IMG/VR virus record: IMGVR_UViG_2862962057_000001
Span: 442-64,441 of that record
Direction: 5' to 3' (one strand)
Length of the DNA: 64,000 bases
Source of the DNA: a virus
This document shows, in pieces, positions 42,249-50,369 of the stretch. Position numbers and translations under genes: made by a program. Within the stretch, counting starts at the first letter, position 1, and every line of letters starts with the position of its first letter. Under the pieces are notes generated by a model. It searched no databases, was not told the origin of the DNA, and was given only the letters and a program-made list of their open reading frames with translations.

Positions 42249-44687
42249 TTATTTTGATTTTGCCAGCAAATAATGAGCCATAGCAATACAGCATGCATCT
42301 CGTTCTTCATCAGTTGATTCGCCAGCAAGCCGTGCCAGCAATCCAAATCCTAGAATTTTTTCCAGACATCCATACATTTTTGCCTTAATAGAATTTTCCA
42401 GTGCTTTAAATGAACTGAAATCTAACCCATCTTGAGCATAAGCAGTATATCTCTTTTGAGCAGTAATACTACTATAATAAGTTGTCATCATATCGCTTAA
42501 AGTATGCAAATTTTCATCACTAGCATTACGTAGATTCATTCCTAAATAGATAGCGTCTGCATCATCACAAAAATCTGTAAAATTGCAGCGAATACCAAGT
42601 TTATTACTGACATGATTTGCTTTAAAATACTCCGACTGTGCACTACTGTCTGAACCAATAAGAGCATATGCTGTTTTCATACGATCAAGAGATGGATACT
42701 TTTGCAGGTACTTATGTAAGTCATCCATGCCTGTTGCAAGATCTCCTGCCCAACCAGTCCAATGATCTGGAGCTAAATTAGAATAAGCATAACAATAAAG
42801 CGTATAAGCAAAGTGTGCTATATCGTTTTTACCACCACTTATATCAGCAACTTCGTCACGCTTATTACCAATATAAGTATCCAGCTTATCTTTTAATGCA
42901 GGATATTCTTTTTCCATGAATATTATGAAAAATGGGTCTGCAAACGCGCCAGCAATAGCAAATTTCCAATTCGTCATATATGCCTTAGCTAGATAATTAA
43001 TCACACCTTGAGTCACGCTTAAAGGATGATACTCTAGAACCACCGCATACTTTTGATATACTTTTCGCCATTTATCATACACGCTTTCTAATTGTTGAAT
43101 GAGGTCTATCACTTTTTCAATTTTTGTTAAACGAGACGTATCTGGATTAGGTGGAGCGACATAAGTAATCTTTGATTGTGGATTGCCAGTTGAATGATTT
43201 ACACTTCCAACCGCTCCAAAACGTCCAGAATATGCTACTCTGTCAAGATCCCATTTACCTTTATAGCCAGGGATTTCATGGAACTGATCAAACGCCCAAT
43301 TACTTGGAATAGAAAAGCCTAGATTTCCACTAAAACCTGTAGACATATCAGACACAAATGATGCTACCGCATATCCTGCTTTACTAACACGAGTACAAAT
43401 ATTTCTAGATGCATAAATTCCAATCCGATAACCACCATGCATATTTTCTTTAACAGCTTTGAAGTACGGCAAAATATTGCTACTAATTTCCGGATTCGTT
43501 GCATCATAATCAACCGCAAAATAGATTACTGTTGGCGGAACTCCAAGACGTTTAGCTGAAGCAACCGCTTCTTTTGCATGACGAGCTCCATTTTCTGCTG
43601 TAAAATGACGTAATTCAGTTGAATACTCTTGAAAAATAGGGAAATATTGAAGACCGTGGCTCACAATTCTTTCCAATTCTCCAGTACGCAATGCCTTAAA
43701 ATAGTCCTTTTCAGCAGTGTTTTTTTGATCAGGTTCACTCAAATAACGACCAACAATCCTATAACCATCAGCCTTCAAACACTCAGCAAACTCGTCAGTA
43801 ATCTCAAAACGTGTATCACACGCTACACAAGAACGATTAGGATCACCTTTCGAAGTTAAAAGGCTCATCCATGTTGTTGGATCAACCTTACCTGTAACAG
43901 GAATAACATGCTCTGCTTGGAACTTATACAATGCCGACACTATTGCATTATTCCATGTTGAAGTTGGCGTAAGCGAATACCCATTACATGTGAGCGCTAC
44001 GCTTGCCAACCAAACCCACTCACTCGTTCCCTCACTAATTGTCTTTAAACGTGATCGTGTGCCATTACCAAAATTGCCAGTAGCCTCAGCTGGAGTAAAC
44101 CCTTCAACAGCTTGTAACACTTGAATCAATGCTGTATTCATCTCACGACCATACAGACCGTCTGTTGGAATAATTCCAGTATAATTCTTATATTTACTGT
44201 TAACAGCCTGCTGTGTTACACGAATGTCTTCTTTGCCTCCATACAACGATAACAATTTGAATTGTTTCATTGATAAAAGAACCATCATTAGTTCTAGATC
44301 CACAGTAGATGAAATATCTGAAAGACCAATATCACTTTTAAGATCAGAAATAGAGTTTGCTACATTATATGTAAATTCTTCTGTTATGCCTCCATATTCA
44401 GCCTCATACCCTTTGCACCAAAGAGCACCCTGAATAATTCCATGAATATTATTACTTTCATCTGTCTGATCAATACCATTTGGCCAGCGCTTCTTAAATC
44501 GTGACTGAGTACCTTTCCCAAAATTATTTGCCGTTTCTGTTATACCAAGCTCAATCTGCAAAGCACGAATAAGCCCATTAATTGTATCCCAACCAGTATT
44601 CCCATCAGTAATAACTGAACCAAACCCAGGCTTATCACCATAGGTTTTGTTTAACCATTGCTGTGTTAGTAATACCATCTGATCCAT
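42249..44687 (-). CDS. Peptidoglycan-binding plus DUF1906 (GH25-like) glycoside hydrolase with C-terminal extension
   Basis: DG.TGW.T...L..ALQ PG-binding repeats; VGRYL, IYFAVDYD, GIYASRN and SDMSTGFSGNLG motifs. Confidence 0.85.
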   Translation of the reverse strand: MDQMVLLTQQWLNKTYGDKPGFGSVITDGNTGWDTINGLIRALQIELGITETANNFGKGTQSRFKKRWPNGIDQTDESNNIHGIIQGALWCKGYEAEYGGITEEFTYNVANSISDLKSDIGLSDISSTVDLELMMVLLSMKQFKLLSLYGGKEDIRVTQQAVNSKYKNYTGIIPTDGLYGREMNTALIQVLQAVEGFTPAEATGNFGNGTRSRLKTISEGTSEWVWLASVALTCNGYSLTPTSTWNNAIVSALYKFQAEHVIPVTGKVDPTTWMSLLTSKGDPNRSCVACDTRFEITDEFAECLKADGYRIVGRYLSEPDQKNTAEKDYFKALRTGELERIVSHGLQYFPIFQEYSTELRHFTAENGARHAKEAVASAKRLGVPPTVIYFAVDYDATNPEISSNILPYFKAVKENMHGGYRIGIYASRNICTRVSKAGYAVASFVSDMSTGFSGNLGFSIPSNWAFDQFHEIPGYKGKWDLDRVAYSGRFGAVGSVNHSTGNPQSKITYVAPPNPDTSRLTKIEKVIDLIQQLESVYDKWRKVYQKYAVVLEYHPLSVTQGVINYLAKAYMTNWKFAIAGAFADPFFIIFMEKEYPALKDKLDTYIGNKRDEVADISGGKNDIAHFAYTLYCYAYSNLAPDHWTGWAGDLATGMDDLHKYLQKYPSLDRMKTAYALIGSDSSAQSEYFKANHVSNKLGIRCNFTDFCDDADAIYLGMNLRNASDENLHTLSDMMTTYYSSITAQKRYTAYAQDGLDFSSFKALENSIKAKMYGCLEKILGFGLLARLAGESTDEERDACCIAMAHYLLAKSK

Positions 44688-44767
44688 GTTGTGCCCTCCT
44701 TTTAGGCATGAAAAAAGCCCTGAAAGATTACTCTTTCAAGGCTTAGTATTTATAATTTTTGCTAAGT

Positions 44768-44826
44768 TTATAATACCATATAGAAGGCTGTAACGTCTCG
44801 TATCAGAGCGTACCAAACCGTACCAT
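44768..44826 (-). promoter_or_regulatory. Putative late promoter with activator-binding repeats
   Basis: TGGTAC/TGGTAC/TGATAC/CGTTAC at a 10-bp period, then extended -10 TGgTATTAT, directly after the activator gene. Confidence 0.65.
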
Positions 44827-44829
44827 TTT

Positions 44830-45258
44830 TCAGATTTGGATTAGATTATCTGGTAAAACCATGTGCTCTAACGCTTTACCATGCCACCTGATAATCGTCA
44901 TTCTGCTAGCATGGAGTTCTTTACCAATATCCTCCCACGTCATGTTACTCATGTAACGGTAGCGTAAAATCATCTGCTCATCCACGCTTTCAAGCTTTGA
45001 AATCACATCCAAAATCTGCTCTTTCAAACTGATAAGCAGCGTGATCTCCATGTTAATCTTCGCTTCTAAATCCATAACCCTTATAAGAGCTTTCACAAAC
45101 GGAGCTTCTATACTTCGAGTCGTCTGCACATACTCTCGGTCGTATCTTAATGAAGAAACACTTGTAGCAAGCTCACGCAGTCTTACTACCTCATCCATGT
45201 CAGCCTTAATCCGTTTATCAAGAAGATAGGCTTGCCGTAAGTATTCTTTTTTGTTCAT
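44830..45258 (-). CDS. ArpU/RinA-like late transcriptional activator
   Basis: KEYLRQAY...ILRYRY....WEDI..EL........H.KAL. Confidence 0.85.
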   Translation of the reverse strand: MNKKEYLRQAYLLDKRIKADMDEVVRLRELATSVSSLRYDREYVQTTRSIEAPFVKALIRVMDLEAKINMEITLLISLKEQILDVISKLESVDEQMILRYRYMSNMTWEDIGKELHASRMTIIRWHGKALEHMVLPDNLIQI

Positions 45259-46660
45259 TCTTACCTCCATTTTGAGGTAAGTTCTCTCTAGAACCCCTTT
45301 CCCTCACTTCATTAATTGATAGTCTTGCTTTAACCGACTCGATTAAAGCATCCTGCACTTTAGCCTTCATGCTTAAAGCCCTCATCACATCCTCATCAAT
45401 CGTGTCCTTAGTGATGATGTGATGGATTACAACCGTGTCGGTTTGCCCTTGACGGTTAAGCCTGGCGTTTGTTTGTTGGTAAAGTTCCAAATTCCAAGTC
45501 AGGGAAAACCAGATAAGAGTTGAACCGCCAGCCTGTAGGTTAAGACCATGACCTGCAGAAGCCGGGTGAATCAACGCTACAGGAATCATGCCGGCATTCC
45601 AGTCAGCAATATCAGCACTCGTTTTAATCTCACGCACGTTAAAACGATTCTTAATCCGCTCAAGATCATGCTTAAACCAGTAAGCTACAAGCACCGGTTT
45701 ACCGTTAGCAGCCTCGATTAAATCCTCTAAAGCATCAAGCTTACGATCATGAATATGAACGCTTTCTTTTTTCTCGTTATAAACCGCGCCGCCTGCCATT
45801 TGAAGAAGCTTATTTGAAAGAGACGCTGCGTTAATCGCATCAATCTCTTTACCCTCCAACGACACCACCATATCCTGTTTCAGCTCATCATAGAGTTTTC
45901 GCTCCTTACCGGATAACTCTACTTTCACCTCGTTTATCACACACGCAGGCATTTTCAAATAGTCTTTCGACTTCATCGAAATCGTAATATCAGCTATCTG
46001 CTTATAGATTAAACTCTCAGCACCATCTTTAGGCTTATAGGAAAAAATCATGTGCTGGTTACGCTTATCAGGATTAAAAAAGTTCTGCCGATAATACGTA
46101 ATATAACGGCCTAGTCTTTCACCCATATCAAGCAGTCTAAACTCAGCCCACAAATCCATAAGCCCGTTAGAAGAAGGAGTTCCTGTAAGACCTACAATCC
46201 TTTTAACTTTCGGCCTAGCCTTCAGTAATGCTTTAAAACGTTTCGCCTGATACGATTTAAAACTTGAAAGCTCATCTATCACAACCATGTCAAAATTAAA
46301 CGGCAGGCCGCTTTTCATTATCAGCCACTCCACGTTTTCACGGTTAATAATATAAACGTGAGCAGGCGTTTTTAGTGATTGAATCCGCTCCTTCTCAGTG
46401 CCCGTTACCACAGAATAAGTCAAGTGTTTTAAATGCTCCCACTTTTCTAACTCTAAAGGCCACGTAGTGTTTGCGACCCTAAGAGGAGCGATAACAAGAG
46501 TCCTGGAAACATCAAACGAGTCAAGCATAAGGTCGTTAATCGCTGTAAGACTTATAACACTCTTACCAAGTCCCATTTCAAGCAAAACCGCTGACACCGG
46601 GTGTGTGATAATAAAATCAGTCGCATACTTTTGATACTCATGTGGCTCGTATCGCATCAA
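45218..46660 (-). CDS. SNF2-family helicase
   Basis: MGLGKS, DELS, LTGTP, HGLNLQ and QTNARLNRQGQ motifs. Confidence 0.92.
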   Translation of the reverse strand: MMRYEPHEYQKYATDFIITHPVSAVLLEMGLGKSVISLTAINDLMLDSFDVSRTLVIAPLRVANTTWPLELEKWEHLKHLTYSVVTGTEKERIQSLKTPAHVYIINRENVEWLIMKSGLPFNFDMVVIDELSSFKSYQAKRFKALLKARPKVKRIVGLTGTPSSNGLMDLWAEFRLLDMGERLGRYITYYRQNFFNPDKRNQHMIFSYKPKDGAESLIYKQIADITISMKSKDYLKMPACVINEVKVELSGKERKLYDELKQDMVVSLEGKEIDAINAASLSNKLLQMAGGAVYNEKKESVHIHDRKLDALEDLIEAANGKPVLVAYWFKHDLERIKNRFNVREIKTSADIADWNAGMIPVALIHPASAGHGLNLQAGGSTLIWFSLTWNLELYQQTNARLNRQGQTDTVVIHHIITKDTIDEDVMRALSMKAKVQDALIESVKARLSINEVRERGSRENLPQNGGKNEQKRILTASLSS

Positions 46661-46928
46661 TCACACCTCCAATCTGACTCTTCTCATCAACCACGAAAAC
46701 CTTAAAACCTAAAGCCTGTAAATTCTTCATACGTTTCACCTGTAAGACTCTAGGCTTTTTACCTGGTGCTTTAAGCTCGACAAAACCAATCTTGCCGCCG
46801 TTAAGTAAAACCAGCCTGTCAGGAAGCCCGTCAACGGAAGGACTCGTAAGCTTTAAACAAAGTCCTCCCACAGCTTTAACATCACGGACGAGTTTTCGCT
46901 CAGTTTCCTTTTCTCTTAAAAAGCCCAT
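46638..46928 (-). CDS. VRR-NUC domain nuclease
   Basis: GLPDRL...FVELKAPG. Confidence 0.88.
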   Translation of the reverse strand: MGFLREKETERKLVRDVKAVGGLCLKLTSPSVDGLPDRLVLLNGGKIGFVELKAPGKKPRVLQVKRMKNLQALGFKVFVVDEKSQIGGVIDAIRAT

Positions 46929-47235
46929 CAGATACCTCTTTTGCCATTTCAATGATTTTCTTATCAACTTCGTTTCTCGGCTCATCGGAAACATCGCCGT
47001 AAAACACGTCAATATAGTGATTGTTTAACTGTGGGTGATCTTTGAACATGTTGTCCTCAGCGTGTGAGGATACTTCATCAATCATGTTCATGGCTTTTAA
47101 CAGTCTGTCTTGATCTTTCGCTAAAAGCACCGGGCTAATATCAACCACTAATTGGTTAATCAGACTCTTAGTCAGTCGCATTGTTGCTCCTGCTTGCTTG
47201 TAGGTTTCTACTGTTCTCTCTTGTTTGTTAATCAT
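46900..47235 (-). CDS. Hypothetical phage protein
   Basis: ORF with AAGGTGG SD. Confidence 0.65.
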   Translation of the reverse strand: MINKQERTVETYKQAGATMRLTKSLINQLVVDISPVLLAKDQDRLLKAMNMIDEVSSHAEDNMFKDHPQLNNHYIDVFYGDVSDEPRNEVDKKIIEMAKEVSDGLFKRKGN

Positions 47236-47634
47236 GGTTTATTCCACCTTTCTCAAATCTTATTTTTTATCTATTGAATAGAGTTGTTTCATTCGTTGGT
47301 TTTGCCCGTTTACATCAGGCGAATGTTATTTGTGTAGCCATGTATGCTTTAGACCCATCTTTTACTTTTCTCTATATATATACTTATATTTCTTTTATTT
47401 TTTTCTCTTATATAAAAAGTAAAGAAAAAGGGTACACTACAATACAAAACCCCTATTTATAAGGCTTTTCTTTCTTGAAAACGTGCATGGTAGCGTGTAG
47501 GCAAAGACTATTTTCGTGTATGAAAAAATCCCATAGAACATTTTTCTCTGAACCCGGTTTTTACCATACGAAACATTTGCCTACACGCCAATACATTTTT
47601 CAGGAAGTATCTTTCAGTTTTACCGTGCTTTACA

Positions 47635-49851
47635 TCAAAGAAAATCCTCCTGTGCCTGCAAATTGGGATTAATGGAAAGCCCACACCACTGATAGCCTTT
47701 ACCCGTCCGTTTTTTGCTATAACCCGCTAACAGTAAAGCCTTAGAAAAATCCCTATCGTTTCTAACATATTCACCGTTAAGGTTTGCCCACTGGCGGTAA
47801 GACAAGTAAAGACTCCTACTCATCTCCGTTTCATTCACGCCCTTAATGCAATAATCAGTAATGAAATGGCCTATCCAGTCGTTTTCAGCCCGATAAGCGT
47901 CCTTAGCCTGCTCTACCACCTTACAAGTAGGGAATTTATAACTGTTTTGGATATAAATCTTGGCTCCTTCAATCATCCATTGAAGTATTGCACCACCTGC
48001 TTTTCGCAAAAGTTCATCAACATAGTCTGTTTTCGGATTCTTGATTTCTTTCGTAAACGGTGCAACAAAGATTCTCCGCCACGTTCCCTTATCGTTCGAA
48101 CCGACTTTCGGCAGATGGTTCGTGTAGAGAATAGTTGAGTGGCTTGGTGTAAACGTAAAAGGAGCATAATATTTCCTCTCAGCTGAAATATCATCCACGC
48201 TTGCTATCTGTTTCAGCATGGAAATAGAAAGCCTTTGTCCTTCCTCAGTTTCCGAGGCAAGAATAAACCTTTTACCGCAAAGCTCCGCTAAATCCACTTT
48301 CACGTTTTTAGCCCGAGTGGTTAAAGACTCCGCAGGTATTTTCCCCGCATAATCTCCAAGCACGTGTGCTTCCGCATTAAACACGGTCGACTTACCGTTA
48401 CCGCCTGACCCGTACACTAGCAAAAGCGATTCTTCAAACACTTGACCTATAAGCGTACTACCCGCATGGCTTTGAAGAAATGTTTGAAACTCTTTATCGC
48501 CTGCGGTAACCATATCAAGCGTTGTCTGCCACAATCCCATGTTCTCCTGTGAAGGGCAAACAGCGGTCATTTTCGTGCAGTACGAACACGGATCATGTGC
48601 TTTTAGCATGCCTGTCTTTAAATCCACGATTCCGCAAGGCGTGTTTAGAATGAAAGCATCACGGTCCAGTTCTTCGTTTGCAACTTCTAGCATGGATTTA
48701 GCAAGTTTCAATATTCCGGACACTTTGCTGTGATCATTCATCTTCTTAGCAAACGAAAGATACTGTTTTGCCTGATTCACTTCACTCTTTGCTTTATCCG
48801 CCTGCTCTTTATCACCCGATGATTCAGCTTGAATGAACTGTTCGTAAGCTGTCTTAAACTCAACACCGGCATTCTTCAAAACCTTTTTAGCAATAAGCAT
48901 GTAAAGTTTCATAACTTTAAGCTCAGACGCTTCCCACTTCTTGCCCGTCCAGTAAAGCCAGCCGGCAGACATCGTATAAACAGCCTTATTCTTGTTATGT
49001 TTGGCAAAAACCTCAGCCATCGCAATATCTGTTAAATCATCCGGCTTATACTCCTCATATCTTTTGCCATACTCGCTAGGCGGAATATAACCTTCTTGAC
49101 TTGCTACTTTAAGCCCGAACTTTTTAGCCGAATACCAGATTTTAGATAATTCTGCGTCAGGCAAAGGAGGATTACACCGTTCTGCTTCACTCAAAAACTT
49201 CTCATGAGTTTCATCTGTCGCCCCATAACGTTTGATGAGTTTTCCTGCAATATGACTAAGCCTAGAGTTTCTCTGCCCTGATGGTATTTCTTCTGTTCCT
49301 GCATCAAATTCACCAAAAGCTTCTTCCGAGAGAAAATCAGTAATTGTTTTTTCACCCTCATAAAGTTCTACCAGCGGAGTTTTAACACCGTAGAGAAAAC
49401 GTGCCGCATCAAGAGCGTTACTGTCAAAATACGGGAATACTGATTGAATCCTTGTTTTAAGCTCCACATAAGCTTTAGCATCGCTTACTTCTTCAATTGG
49501 AAAATACACGTGAAAACGTGGTCTTGCGCATTTCCCATGCTTGTCTTTCATGTGGTTTCTACTATAAGACGCGTAAAAGCACACGTTCGGAAACGCTAAA
49601 GCAACATCAAAAGGTGTCACCCAGTCTTTACTAACATCAGAATGGTCGTTATCACAGTCCATCGGAATACAGGTAGATGAAATGAAATTATCTTTAGACC
49701 TATAACTGTTAGTAAATTGTGCTGTGACATGGTCAAAAGAGATAGCCTTATTAAAACTATCTCGATCACAGACTTTTATTTCGTTAGGATACAAGCAGTT
49801 GCTACTGTTTCCTACACAGGAAGCTGTATAAATTTTGCATTCAAGCATCAA
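47635..49851 (-). CDS. P4/D5-family primase-helicase
   Basis: MDCDNDH and RPRFH motifs; PriCT (G.RN); D5_N; GSGGNGKS. Confidence 0.92.
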   Translation of the reverse strand: MMLECKIYTASCVGNSSNCLYPNEIKVCDRDSFNKAISFDHVTAQFTNSYRSKDNFISSTCIPMDCDNDHSDVSKDWVTPFDVALAFPNVCFYASYSRNHMKDKHGKCARPRFHVYFPIEEVSDAKAYVELKTRIQSVFPYFDSNALDAARFLYGVKTPLVELYEGEKTITDFLSEEAFGEFDAGTEEIPSGQRNSRLSHIAGKLIKRYGATDETHEKFLSEAERCNPPLPDAELSKIWYSAKKFGLKVASQEGYIPPSEYGKRYEEYKPDDLTDIAMAEVFAKHNKNKAVYTMSAGWLYWTGKKWEASELKVMKLYMLIAKKVLKNAGVEFKTAYEQFIQAESSGDKEQADKAKSEVNQAKQYLSFAKKMNDHSKVSGILKLAKSMLEVANEELDRDAFILNTPCGIVDLKTGMLKAHDPCSYCTKMTAVCPSQENMGLWQTTLDMVTAGDKEFQTFLQSHAGSTLIGQVFEESLLLVYGSGGNGKSTVFNAEAHVLGDYAGKIPAESLTTRAKNVKVDLAELCGKRFILASETEEGQRLSISMLKQIASVDDISAERKYYAPFTFTPSHSTILYTNHLPKVGSNDKGTWRRIFVAPFTKEIKNPKTDYVDELLRKAGGAILQWMIEGAKIYIQNSYKFPTCKVVEQAKDAYRAENDWIGHFITDYCIKGVNETEMSRSLYLSYRQWANLNGEYVRNDRDFSKALLLAGYSKKRTGKGYQWCGLSINPNLQAQEDFL

Positions 49852-50216
49852 TATTCACCCCCTAAATCCTTATCTGTAAAATACTTAATCGGCTGTTTTC
49901 GTTTTTCTGCCAGATTGATTTCTACTTGCATGCCGCCTGTGATTTTTTCTCCGAACACCCATAGTTCGTTGCACTTGCCTAAGAGGATAATGTCCATAAA
50001 CATCGCATCCCCTCTATGCTTTTGATTCTCATCATCCATGAATGGGAAAAGCAGGTGTGGTGTTACTGGGATTGCTCCGCGTGAATACGCGTAAGCCGCA
50101 CACCGAATAGCATGTTGCACGTTTTTCTCCTTATCTCCACGGTAGGGAGCACAGATGTAGACGATAGGCTTAAAGTTCGGTGTCGTTTCTAAATGTTTTT
50201 TATAAGTCTTACTCAC
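49848..50216 (-). CDS. DUF4406-like / nucleoside deoxyribosyltransferase-fold protein
   Basis: VYICAPYRG...PHL...C.ELWVFG..IT.GM..EI. Confidence 0.75.
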   Translation of the reverse strand: MSKTYKKHLETTPNFKPIVYICAPYRGDKEKNVQHAIRCAAYAYSRGAIPVTPHLLFPFMDDENQKHRGDAMFMDIILLGKCNELWVFGEKITGGMQVEINLAEKRKQPIKYFTDKDLGGEY

Positions 50217-50318
50217 TTTTAGTCTCCTTTAACACCACGTTTTTGCTTACTAATATTGTTTTTAATAGTCATTCGCGTATCCTTTTACGTTCTTTCTGAA
50301 GGCGGTATTACCTTCTAA

Positions 50319-50352
50319 ATCACAGGCAAAGAAAAAGAGCAGGTTTTTAACC
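50319..50352 (-). promoter_or_regulatory. Conserved phage motif, copy 2, overlapping a terminator hairpin
   Basis: GAGCAGG-GTTAAAAA-CCTGCTC-TTTTTCTTTGCCTGTGAT. Confidence 0.75.
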
Positions 50353-50369
50353 CTGCTCCTAAATTTTTT

